Position numbers and translations under genes: made by a program. A DNA stretch of 27,713 nucleotides from an uncultured Candidatus Saccharibacteria bacterium (GTDB taxonomy: Bacteria > Patescibacteriota > Minisyncoccia > 2-01-FULL-47-10 > CAYTAF01). The number at the start of each line of letters is the position of its first letter. Position 1 is the stretch's first letter. Where the stretch lies: the NCBI GenBank assembly GCA_964435865.1, contig CAYTAF010000002.1:1-27713 (forward strand), written 5' to 3'. Below the pieces are notes generated by a model that saw only the letters and a list, made by a program, of their open reading frames with translations, searched no databases and was not told the DNA's origin. Shown piece by piece: positions 1 to 7,995 of this stretch.

Positions 1-1
1 C

Positions 2-118
2 TACTTCTCCTACCGCAAGGACGGATATAGACCCACCCAGCAATAACCGCGACAATGTCCACCATATCGCCGCTATCAACAGCGCATTCAAAACATAAAA
101 GCTCCCACGATGCCACAA
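2..118 (-). CDS. Possible 5' end of a membrane protein running off the left edge
   Basis: Open frame from TTG at 118: LWHRGSFYVLNALLIAAIWWTLSRLLLGGSISVLAVGEV..., hydrophobic and 10 nt after the dnaK stop. Too short to identify. A + frame ending at TAA 98 is an alternative. Confidence 0.25.
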   Translation of the reverse strand, partial: MWHRGSFYVLNALLIAAIWWTLSRLLLGGSISVLAVGEV

Positions 119-128
119 ATGCCGGCTT

Positions 129-2099
129 CTATTTGCCGGACTCATTCTCGGAGGATTGCTGGCTGTTTTGCTCCTCTCCTCCGTTACCTTCTTCTTTTGA
201 GCTCGCTTGAGAGGAATCACCGGATTGTTGTGAATCTGATTGATAAATCTGATTGCCAATCTCGCTCAATGCGCTGCTAAGTTCTTGAGTCGCATTTTTT
301 ATTTTATCAGGATCCTCCTCTCCTGTCACCTGCTCTACCTGTTTAATCTTTTCTTCTACTTCTTGCTTTTGCTGATCACTGATTTGCTCCTGGTTATCTT
401 CCAGGGTTTTACGAGCCGTATAAAGCAGTGAATCAGCATTGTTGCGAGCTTCTGCCAATTCCTTTTTGCGCTTATCTTCCTCGGCATGTTTTTCGGCCTC
501 ACTTCTCATCTTCTCCACCTCTTCGTCAGTCAAGTCAGAAGTGGCCTCGATGCGAATAGATTGCTCTTTGCCGGTCTTTTGCTCCTTAGCGGTTACATGG
601 AGAATGCCATTGGCATCTATATCAAAAGTGACCTCAATTTGCGGCGTTCCTCTAGGGGACGGAGGAATACCGTCCAACACAAAACGCCCTAATGACTTAT
701 TATCCGCCGCCATCTCGCGCTCTCCTTGTAATACATGCACCTCTACACTGGTTTGATTGTCCGCCGCCGTAGAAAACACCTGAGATTGTTGGGCCGGAAT
801 GGTGGTATTTTTCTCAATTATGGGCGTCATAACACCCCCTAGTGTTTCGATACCCAAAGTCAGCGGCGTAACATCCAGCAACAAAATATCTTGTACATCC
901 CCTTGCAAAACTCCTGCCTGCGTAGCCGCACCGATAGCAACAACCTCATCAGGGTTAATATCTTTATGCGGCTTTTTGCCCAGAACCTCTTCCAAGCGCT
1001 TCTGAATAAGCGGCATTTTTGTCTGACCTCCCACTAAAACTACTTCGTCCACCTCTTTCTCTGATATCCCCGCTTCCTTTAAAACCTCGCGAGTCTTCTG
1101 AATCGAGCGATCCACATGCTCATCCACCAGCTTCTCAAGCTGGGAACGACTCAAATCAATCTCAAGATGCTTGGGACCGGATTCATCCGAAGTAACAAAG
1201 GGAATATTAACAGTGGTTTCGGTTTTACTGGAAAGCTCAATCTTTGCCTTCTCCGCGGCCTCTTTTAGGCGTTGAAAAGCCAGTTTATCATCGGACAAAT
1301 CCACGCCACTATCCTCCTTGTACTGGTTGATTAACCAATCGATAATGGCCTGATCAAAGTCATCACCACCCAAATGCGTGTCACCACCCGTGGCTTTGAC
1401 TTCTACAGTGTCATCCCCGACCTCCAGTACGGAAACATCAAACGTACCGCCGCCAAAATCATACACTACAATTTGCTCTTCCGCTTGCTTATCAAGCCCA
1501 TAGGCCAAAGCGGCAGCCGTTGGCTCATTCAAAATACGCTCCACCTCAAAACCCGCAATGGTGCCGGCATCTTTAGTGGCCTTACGTTGACTATCATCAA
1601 AATAAGCAGGAACCGTAATGACCGCTCGGTCCACTTTTCCGCCAAGCCGATCTTCCGCATCTTGCTTAAGCTTCTGTAAAACGCGCGCTGAAATTTCAGC
1701 CGGTCGGTACCACTTGTCCCCCATTTGCAATTCAACGCCACCTTTATCACTTTTCCTCATCTCAAACGGCAAATTTTCCTTGTCTTTTTGGGCAGAAGCA
1801 TCATCATAATCACGCCCCACAAGACGCTTTGAGGAGTAAATAGTATTTTGCGGGTTTGTAGATGCCTGCCGTTTCGCCATTTGTCCCGCCAAAATTTCTC
1901 CTTTTTGACTATACGCCACAACTGACGGAGTGACGCGGTCACCTTCGGCGTTCTCCAAGATACGCGCTTTGCCGCCCTCGGAAACAGCCATAACCGAATT
2001 AGTGGTGCCGAGATCAATGCCTAAAATTCGACCGCCACCCCCTTGCTCACTTTTTTGTTCCTGCGTATTTTGTTTTTCATTTTGCTGCTTTCCAGTCAT
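129..2099 (-). CDS. dnaK: Chaperone DnaK (Hsp70)
   Basis: GIDLGTTNS, VITVPAYFDD, NEPTAAALAYG, VYDFGGGTFDVS, LLLDVTPLTLGIET and PQIEVTFDIDANGIL motifs; 656 aa with a Q/E/K-rich N-terminal extension and an S/Q/E-rich tail. Confidence 0.99.
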   Translation of the reverse strand: MTGKQQNEKQNTQEQKSEQGGGGRILGIDLGTTNSVMAVSEGGKARILENAEGDRVTPSVVAYSQKGEILAGQMAKRQASTNPQNTIYSSKRLVGRDYDDASAQKDKENLPFEMRKSDKGGVELQMGDKWYRPAEISARVLQKLKQDAEDRLGGKVDRAVITVPAYFDDSQRKATKDAGTIAGFEVERILNEPTAAALAYGLDKQAEEQIVVYDFGGGTFDVSVLEVGDDTVEVKATGGDTHLGGDDFDQAIIDWLINQYKEDSGVDLSDDKLAFQRLKEAAEKAKIELSSKTETTVNIPFVTSDESGPKHLEIDLSRSQLEKLVDEHVDRSIQKTREVLKEAGISEKEVDEVVLVGGQTKMPLIQKRLEEVLGKKPHKDINPDEVVAIGAATQAGVLQGDVQDILLLDVTPLTLGIETLGGVMTPIIEKNTTIPAQQSQVFSTAADNQTSVEVHVLQGEREMAADNKSLGRFVLDGIPPSPRGTPQIEVTFDIDANGILHVTAKEQKTGKEQSIRIEATSDLTDEEVEKMRSEAEKHAEEDKRKKELAEARNNADSLLYTARKTLEDNQEQISDQQKQEVEEKIKQVEQVTGEEDPDKIKNATQELSSALSEIGNQIYQSDSQQSGDSSQASSKEEGNGGEEQNSQQSSENESGK

Positions 2100-2137
2100 A
2101 AGAAAATTACGTTAAAGTATTAATTTATTATACTTAC

Positions 2138-2325
2138 TTCCTGTATGTCATTACACAGGAAAACCAAAGAGCAACCCTTGGGCCAACATATGATGCGGGC
2201 AGTACAAAAGCTGCGGACATGCAAATAAAAGGACTGATCCCTGGTTTCCGCAATAAACTTCAGCGTGCCCAAAGGAACCCTCCTTTTGAAGACAAACCCC
2301 CACTCTGGATAGGCCCTTTGGGCAC
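2138..2325 (-). other. Structured hsp20-dnaK intercistronic region (several hairpins)
   Basis: Perfect 11-bp inverted repeat GTGCCCAAAGG (2265-2275)/CCTTTGGGCAC (2315-2325). Also the minus-strand hairpins CCAAGGG-TTGC-TCTTTGG and TTCCTGTGT-N6-ATACAGGAA (2161-2138), whose G-U pairs favour the minus-strand RNA. Confidence 0.55.
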
Positions 2326-2335
2326 AAAAATAAAC

Positions 2336-2752
2336 TTACTTCACGTTCACCTTTACACTCTTGCGCTTAGCCTGCTCCGCCTTCGGCATCGTGACCGTAA
2401 GAATGCCATTTTCCATATCCGCCTTAGCTTGATTAGACTGCACCGGCTTAGGTAAAGCCACGCGTCGCTTAAAGGACTGCTGTGCAATCTCACGGCGGTA
2501 GTAGCTACGCTCATTCTGCTCTTCTTCGTGCTTGCTTTCTGCGCTAATTGTGAGAGTATCATCTTCCACTTCTACGCCAACTTCGTCTCCTTTAATTCCG
2601 GGTAAAGAAAACTCAGCTACCACTTTATCCTCGGTCTCATACACATTAGCAGAAGGAACTGATTCTTGCCACAGCGGAACCATAGGAACAAAATCCCGAT
2701 CAAAAAAACGATCCATGTCCTGAAAGTTTCGCAACTCCGGAAGTAGTGCCAT
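2336..2752 (-). CDS. Small heat-shock protein, Hsp20/alpha-crystallin family
   Basis: NVYETEDKVVAEFSLPG, RREIAQQSFKRRVALP and KADMENGILTVTMPK are alpha-crystallin domain motifs. Start reassigned to ATG 2752 (138 aa) because the longer ORF overlaps grpE. Confidence 0.93.
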   Translation of the reverse strand: MALLPELRNFQDMDRFFDRDFVPMVPLWQESVPSANVYETEDKVVAEFSLPGIKGDEVGVEVEDDTLTISAESKHEEEQNERSYYRREIAQQSFKRRVALPKPVQSNQAKADMENGILTVTMPKAEQAKRKSVKVNVK

Positions 2753-2763
2753 AATCTTTTTTG

Positions 2764-2806
2764 CTTCTTCCTGCCAACTCCTAACATTAAGTTGACAAGG
2801 AAGAAG
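2764..2806 (-). promoter_or_regulatory. 16-bp hairpin in the hsp20 leader
   Basis: Minus strand: CTTCTTCC-T-TGTCAACT [TAATGTTAGG] AGTTGGCA-GGAAGAAG; one bulge and one G-U pair; ends 11 nt before the ATG. Confidence 0.6.
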
Positions 2807-2816
2807 AAGGGTTAAA

Positions 2817-3353
2817 TTAGTTATCTGCCGTAGTAAGGGTGACCATAGCCGGGCGAATAAGCTTACCTTCAACTATATATCCGGGACGCTGCACCTCAGA
2901 GATGACCTCTCCCTCTCCGGCTACAGCTTCATGCACCTCTGGGTCAAACACTTCTCCGGGGTCTGCTGGCACTTGCTGGAATCCAAGCTGCTCCAGTGCC
3001 GCTTCCAACTTTCTGCTTGCTTGCAGCATTCCGTGCGCCCAAGGTTGGCTGGCCGTCTCTTGATCCACAGCCGAACGGGCTTCCTCGAAATCATCCACCA
3101 CTGGCAAGAGATGCTTTCCCACCTCCTCAAAAATATTTTTCCGAGCCAATTCTTTTTGCTTCTCTAAATCTTTTTGAAAATTATCAAATTTAGCACGCTC
3201 ACGCTTCCAGCCCTCCAAATAACTTGTAGCCTCTTCCTGTTTTTTTTCTAATTGTTTCTGTAAATCTATTAGCTTCTGGGCTTCCTGCCCAGAATCTGAC
3301 TGCTTCGAGTTGTAGGATTTCTTGGCTGACTTTCTTTGCTTTTTATCACTCAT
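2817..3353 (-). CDS. grpE: Nucleotide exchange factor GrpE
   Basis: WKRERAKFDNFQK, LLPVVDDFEEA, FDPEVHEAV and QRPGYIVEGKLIRPAMV motifs; 8-nt overlap with the hrcA stop. Confidence 0.96.
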   Translation of the reverse strand: MSDKKQRKSAKKSYNSKQSDSGQEAQKLIDLQKQLEKKQEEATSYLEGWKRERAKFDNFQKDLEKQKELARKNIFEEVGKHLLPVVDDFEEARSAVDQETASQPWAHGMLQASRKLEAALEQLGFQQVPADPGEVFDPEVHEAVAGEGEVISEVQRPGYIVEGKLIRPAMVTLTTADN

Positions 3354-4038
3354 ATTTTTGAAAAATATTTTTAAGGTATTGCAATACCCCTAAATTTTTA
3401 TCGTAACGCATACGCTGAGGGCCGGCCAAGCCTATCACCCGCTTTTCTCCGTTGTTTAGACGCACTGCTATAATGCTGAAATCATCAAGTCGGCAACCGA
3501 GAAAGCTGGCTTGACTCCCTATAAGCACCCGAGGTCGATCCGAAAATAATACGCTATCCAAATCATTCGGCCTGTGACACAAACGACTGACCAAATCGAA
3601 AAAAGCCAACATCTTAGTACGCTCGGAAAACTCGGGGTTCTCCAAAACCTCCCTAAAGCCCTCTTGTAACAACGGATAATCGTTTCCAAAATACAGCACC
3701 GCGGCTCTGGAAAAACGAGAAAGGTGCCTCGCTAAAGCCAAAGGGTCTTCGTGTACTTTTTCCAACTCGGAGCGCAAATGTCTTTCCGGTGCTCTTGGCT
3801 GCATCAATCGATTCACGAAATACTGATAGCCCCTCTCCGTAGGAATCCTGCCCGCCGAAGTATACGGGTGGGTAAGATAACCGTTCTTTTCAAGTGCAGC
3901 TAACTCATTACGAATTGTAGCCGGAGAATACCCCGAAAAGTGCCGCTCGCTTAAAAGCGCGGATCCTACCGGGGTGGCCGTACTGATATATTCCTCCACT
4001 ACTCGTTTTAAGATCACATTACGTCGCTGATTGGGCAT
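3346..4038 (-). CDS. hrcA: Heat-inducible transcription repressor HrcA (short form, about 230 aa)
   Basis: N-terminal HTH ILKRVVEEYISTATPVGS...SPATIRNELAALE...HPYTSAGRIPTERGYQYFV and C-terminal IGLAGPQRMRY. Start moved to ATG 4038 because the track's GTG lies inside the CIRCE. Confidence 0.95.
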   Translation of the reverse strand: MPNQRRNVILKRVVEEYISTATPVGSALLSERHFSGYSPATIRNELAALEKNGYLTHPYTSAGRIPTERGYQYFVNRLMQPRAPERHLRSELEKVHEDPLALARHLSRFSRAAVLYFGNDYPLLQEGFREVLENPEFSERTKMLAFFDLVSRLCHRPNDLDSVLFSDRPRVLIGSQASFLGCRLDDFSIIAVRLNNGEKRVIGLAGPQRMRYDKNLGVLQYLKNIFQKYE

Positions 4039-4070
4039 AAGAAAGCCATCACCAAATAATTTTTCTATTG

Positions 4071-4097
4071 TTAGCACTCTTAAACTTAGAGTGCTAA
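4071..4097. promoter_or_regulatory. CIRCE operator (HrcA binding site)
   Basis: Exact consensus TTAGCACTC (4071-4079)-N9-GAGTGCTAA (4089-4097), upstream of hrcA. Confidence 0.98.
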
Positions 4098-4101
4098 TTA
4101 T

Positions 4102-4129
4102 ATTTTATAAACTGGAAATTGTATGTCAA
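4102..4129 (-). promoter_or_regulatory. Sigma-70-type promoter of the hrcA-grpE-hsp20-dnaK operon
   Basis: TTGACA (4129-4124), 16 nt, TAAAAT (4107-4102); the predicted start site falls in the CIRCE. Confidence 0.75.
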
Positions 4130-4132
4130 GTC

Positions 4133-4141
4133 TGTTATACT
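4133..4141 (+). promoter_or_regulatory. Extended -10 element for the corA-like gene
   Basis: TG-T-TATACT, 8 nt before ATG 4150. Confidence 0.55.
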
Positions 4142-4149
4142 TAGGACTA

Positions 4150-5028
4150 ATGAAGACCATCAAGGCTGGACAGGTTACCTGGATACTATTGGAACAGCCG
4201 GGACAAAGTGAAGTAAACCACCTGGAGGAAAAGCAACAGCTTCCTTCAAGCATATATCATGGACTTTTACAATCTTCCGCTCGCCCCCGCTTGTTGCAAC
4301 ACGGTCCATATCGCCTCCTGATCTTACACTTCCCCATTTACCAACAATATAAAAAGAAGGTGAGTCGACAGGAAATTCATTTTCTAGCAGGACCCGGCTT
4401 ACTGGTTTCGACACATTGGCGCTCTTTGCCTCCGCTTCAAGAGCTGCGTCAAGATATGCTAAGCCAGATGAAAAAACAAAAAGCATCCCGATTTAAATCG
4501 AGCGATGAACTGCTTTGCTATATTTTGCAATACTTTTATGATTTTTTGTTCCGGGAATTGGACCACATTCAGGCTGACCTGGAATGGCTGGAAGACAACC
4601 TTTTCACGAAAATAGACCGAGAAATGATTAAGACCATCTCTACTGTCCGCAACAATATAACCAGTTTCCAGCAACACATCCACAGCCAAGACGAAGTACT
4701 CACAGAACTAAAAAATAATCTACCCGCAAATTCTTCCGATGCCTCCAAGATATCCTTTGACAAAATCTTGGGTAAATTTAAAGATATCCAGAGTATTTTA
4801 TCCCGATATGCCCACACAGTTACCTCGCTGCACCAAACACAAGATTCTTTGCTTAACGTAAAAATCAATGAAATGATATTGTTTTTGACGATTGTGGCCA
4901 CTCTTTCTCTCCCCTTTGGTGTAGTGACCCTACTTTCCGGCAGCATCACCAAAACAGTAGGGTTAATAATCGCCACGGTAATAGATCTATTATTTGTAAT
5001 GTGGATTTATAGGCGAAAATGGCTTTAA
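4150..5028 (+). CDS. CorA/ZntB-family transporter-like protein (GMN motif absent)
   Basis: Large soluble N-domain (TWILLEQP, LLILHFP, EIHFLAGPGLLVSTH, ELDHIQADLEWLEDNLF), stalk ending INEMILFLTIVATLSLP, two C-terminal TM helices and a basic RRKWL end; 292 aa. Confidence 0.85.
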   Translation: MKTIKAGQVTWILLEQPGQSEVNHLEEKQQLPSSIYHGLLQSSARPRLLQHGPYRLLILHFPIYQQYKKKVSRQEIHFLAGPGLLVSTHWRSLPPLQELRQDMLSQMKKQKASRFKSSDELLCYILQYFYDFLFRELDHIQADLEWLEDNLFTKIDREMIKTISTVRNNITSFQQHIHSQDEVLTELKNNLPANSSDASKISFDKILGKFKDIQSILSRYAHTVTSLHQTQDSLLNVKINEMILFLTIVATLSLPFGVVTLLSGSITKTVGLIIATVIDLLFVMWIYRRKWL

Positions 5029-6419
5029 AGCTTTATAACTCTCTCACCAGAAAAAAAGAGGTTTTCACCCCACTGAACGACAAAAAAGTGGGGCTTTACA
5101 GTTGCGGTCCCACTGTTTACCAGTTTGCCCATATTGGTAATTTGCGCACATACATATCTACAGACCTTCTGCGCCGTACGCTTACTTACTTAGGATACGA
5201 AGTAAAGCACGTAATGAATATAACGGATGTGGGCCATCTTACCATGGAAGCGCAAGATAGTGGCGAAGACAAAATAGAGGCCTCCGCAAAAAAGACCGGG
5301 GAAACAGCGCAAGAAATTGCCCTCTTCTACGAAGAGGCGTTTTTTGCCGACCTAAAAAAACTAAACATACTCCAGCCAGATAAAACTCCGCGAGCCACAG
5401 AATATATTAACCAACAAATTTCCCTAGTCGAACAACTGGAGAAAAAAGGTTATACCTATACAACCAAGGACGGTATTTATTTTGACACTAACAAGCTGCA
5501 ACACTATCCACGCTTAATCCAACAGAGCCCCGAAGAAAAAGAGACGGGCACACGAATTCCGGAAAATCCCAACAAAAGAAATCCGGCGGATTTCGCTCTA
5601 TGGAAATTTTCTCCCGAAGATCAGCAACGACAGTTGGAGTGGGAAAGTCCTTGGGGAAAAGGCTTCCCCGGCTGGCACCTAGAGTGCTCCGTAATGTCCT
5701 CTCACCATCTAGATACTCCATTTGATATACATACCGGCGGCATTGATCATAAAGAAGTGCACCATCCTAATGAAATCGCCCAGACAGAAGCAGCGGAAGG
5801 AAATATACTTGCTAATTACTGGCTTCATGCCGGGTTCCTGACAGTTCAAGGTAACAAAATGGCAAAATCGGAGGGAAATATTCAAACTTTAAGAGACCTG
5901 GAAGGCCAGAGTTTTGACCCACTTGATTTCCGCCTGCTGGTTTTACAAAGCCACTACAGACATCCAATGCATTTCTCCATGGATGCCTTGCAAAAAGCCC
6001 GCCAAGCACGACATAATTTATTAAAAAAATTACAAAATTCACCCGCCTTAGAAGACAAAGCTTCCTCGGCTCTTAAGAGGGACCTTGCTACCTTTCAAGA
6101 AAAGATGGAAAATGATTTAAACACCCCAGAAGCACTGGCGGTAATATTCAACGCGAAAGAAAAGGCACACTTTCGGCCACTACTCCAAAAGGCTAACCGC
6201 GTATTGGGTATCGCCCGAGAAAAAGAGTTAACAAAAACAGCAGTTCCAGAAGATATCCAGCGCCTCGTCCAACAACGAGAGACATTGCGTCGAAAAGGCC
6301 AGTATGAACAAGCCGATAAATTACGAGCCCAGATAGAGCAAGCCGGCTGGCAAGTAGAAGATGCACCCGACGGACCACGGCTGACACCTAAAAACAATAA
6401 TTCAAACATCAAACATTAG
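5019..6419 (+). CDS. cysS: Cysteine--tRNA ligase
   Basis: YSCGPTVY, HIGN, MNITDVGH, DFALWK, GFPGWHLECS, DIHTGGIDH...HHPNEIAQ and KMAKS motifs. Confidence 0.98.
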   Translation: MALKLYNSLTRKKEVFTPLNDKKVGLYSCGPTVYQFAHIGNLRTYISTDLLRRTLTYLGYEVKHVMNITDVGHLTMEAQDSGEDKIEASAKKTGETAQEIALFYEEAFFADLKKLNILQPDKTPRATEYINQQISLVEQLEKKGYTYTTKDGIYFDTNKLQHYPRLIQQSPEEKETGTRIPENPNKRNPADFALWKFSPEDQQRQLEWESPWGKGFPGWHLECSVMSSHHLDTPFDIHTGGIDHKEVHHPNEIAQTEAAEGNILANYWLHAGFLTVQGNKMAKSEGNIQTLRDLEGQSFDPLDFRLLVLQSHYRHPMHFSMDALQKARQARHNLLKKLQNSPALEDKASSALKRDLATFQEKMENDLNTPEALAVIFNAKEKAHFRPLLQKANRVLGIAREKELTKTAVPEDIQRLVQQRETLRRKGQYEQADKLRAQIEQAGWQVEDAPDGPRLTPKNNNSNIKH

Positions 6420-6592
6420 AGCGCCAAAAACCCAAAACTCAAATATCACAAACGTGCACAAACAGAACACAAAACCCAAGCCACAAAACACAGACAGGCA
6501 CCTCGGTTAGTTTGTGCTTTGGAAAGTTTATGTTTTGTGTCTCTGTTTGGGCTTTGTAATTTGTGCTTTGTGGCTTTGTTTGCATTTTGCAT
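6402..6592. repeat. Two-armed 7-nt-period element (CAAA arm / TTTG arm)
   Basis: CAAA-type cores at 6403/6410, 6433/6440 and 6470/6477/6484/6491; TTTG at 6511/6518, 6546/6553/6560/6567 and 6579/6586. Perfect complementary pairs include AAGCCACAAA 6478-6487/TTTGTGGCTT 6567-6576 and ACACAAAAC 6467-6475/GTTTTGTGT 6532-6540. Confidence 0.9.
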
Positions 6593-6599
6593 TATAAAT

Positions 6600-7961
6600 A
6601 TGGACCCTAAAATTCCACCACACAATTTAGAAGCAGAGCAGTCAGTTCTAGGAGCACTGATGTTGGATAAAGACGCCATTAATAAAGTGGCCGACTTTTT
6701 AAAACCAAAAGATTTTTATAAGGTCGCACACGAAAACGTCTATCAAACCATTATCTCTTTGTATTCCCAAGGGGATCCAATTGACATACTCGGCCTTACC
6801 AGCCGCCTGCAAGAAAAAAAGCAACTACAAAAAATAGGCGGAAAGGAATATCTAACGGAATTAGTGAACGCTGTGCCTACGGCCGCTCATATTGAATACT
6901 ACGCAAAAATCGTAAAACAAAAAAAGGTACTCAGAGACCTCATTGGAGCATCCACTCGAATTACTGAACTGGCCTACGGAGGAGAAGAAGAAATAGAAGA
7001 CATTTTAGACAGAGCGGAAAAATCAATTTTTGACGTTACCAATCAAGGACGTCGACAAAATTTTGTGTCCGTTAAAGAAGCTCTGCAGGATGCCTTTTCC
7101 CGCATTGATCAGTTGCATCAAAATCAAGACGGGCTTCGCGGACTGCCAACCGGCTTCTATGACCTAGACGGACTACTCTCCGGATTTCAACGCTCCGATT
7201 TTATCGTACTAGCGGCACGTCCCTCACTCGGTAAAACAGCACTGGCATTAAATACAGCTCGTCATGCCGCCTGTGAACACAAAGCTCCAGTAGGAATATT
7301 CTCTATTGAGATGTCTAAAGAGCAACTAGTAGATCGACTGCTTGCCGCAGAAGCGAATGTCAACCTCTGGAAAATCCGTACCGGCAAGCTGTCCACCACG
7401 GGAGAGGATAATGACTTTACCAAGTTGCAGCGTGCCTTTGGAGCTTTAACTGATGCTCCGCTGTTCATCGATGACTCGGGATCCAATACGGTAATGCAGA
7501 TCAGAACCATGGCCCGACGCCTGCAATCAGAGCACGGCTTGGGCTTAATAGTAGTCGATTATCTGCAACTCATGGAATCCCCTAAGCATATGGAATCTCG
7601 CGTTTTGGAAATCGGACAGATTTCCCGCTCTCTGAAAAGCCTGGCGCGAGAACTGGAAGTTCCAGTTTTAGCCCTATCCCAATTATCCCGGGGAGTAGAA
7701 CACCGCTCCCCCCAAGTGCCGAAACTGGCAGATCTCAGAGAGAGCGGTGCTATTGAACAAGATGCGGACGTAGTGATGTTTATTTACCGGGAAGACCGAG
7801 AAAAAAAGGATACCGAGAGAGTAAATGTTGCTGATATTTTAATAGAAAAGCACCGGAACGGACCTACCGGCCAAGTCGAACTGTACTTTAATGAACAAAC
7901 CACTAGCTTTGAAGATCTGGATACCACACATGCCGACTACGCCCCGCAAATGACACAATAA
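6600..7961 (+). CDS. dnaB: Replicative DNA helicase DnaB
   Basis: PPHNLEAEQSVLG, Walker A AARPSLGKT, IVVDYLQLM, ALSQLSR and DLRESGAIEQDADVVMFIYR. Start at ATG 6600; the upstream extension in the track is translated repeat. No intein. Confidence 0.98.
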   Translation: MDPKIPPHNLEAEQSVLGALMLDKDAINKVADFLKPKDFYKVAHENVYQTIISLYSQGDPIDILGLTSRLQEKKQLQKIGGKEYLTELVNAVPTAAHIEYYAKIVKQKKVLRDLIGASTRITELAYGGEEEIEDILDRAEKSIFDVTNQGRRQNFVSVKEALQDAFSRIDQLHQNQDGLRGLPTGFYDLDGLLSGFQRSDFIVLAARPSLGKTALALNTARHAACEHKAPVGIFSIEMSKEQLVDRLLAAEANVNLWKIRTGKLSTTGEDNDFTKLQRAFGALTDAPLFIDDSGSNTVMQIRTMARRLQSEHGLGLIVVDYLQLMESPKHMESRVLEIGQISRSLKSLARELEVPVLALSQLSRGVEHRSPQVPKLADLRESGAIEQDADVVMFIYREDREKKDTERVNVADILIEKHRNGPTGQVELYFNEQTTSFEDLDTTHADYAPQMTQ

Positions 7962-7964
7962 TAT

Positions 7965-7992
7965 CTTATCACTTGTTTCTTGTATCTTTTTG
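7965..7992 (+). repeat. Single-arm 7-nt-period CTT array in the recR leader
   Basis: CTTATCA CTTGTTT CTTGTAT CTTTTTG; CTT at 7965, 7972, 7979, 7986. Confidence 0.7.
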
Positions 7993-7995
7993 ATT

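Noticed and set aside
2263-2325. Second CIRCE-like site before dnaK
   Set aside because: The arms differ from TTAGCACTC/GAGTGCTAA and the spacer is 39 nt rather than 9.
2792-2818. TTGACA on the + strand as an antisense promoter into grpE
   Set aside because: The only -10 candidate (TAAATT) is at a 15-nt spacing, and the hexamer is already explained as part of the hsp20 leader stem.
6446-6679. 77-aa minus ORF and the 27-aa Cys/Phe-rich N-terminal extension of the dnaB ORF
   Set aside because: Both are translations of the CAAA/TTTG repeat element; DnaB homology starts at ATG 6600.
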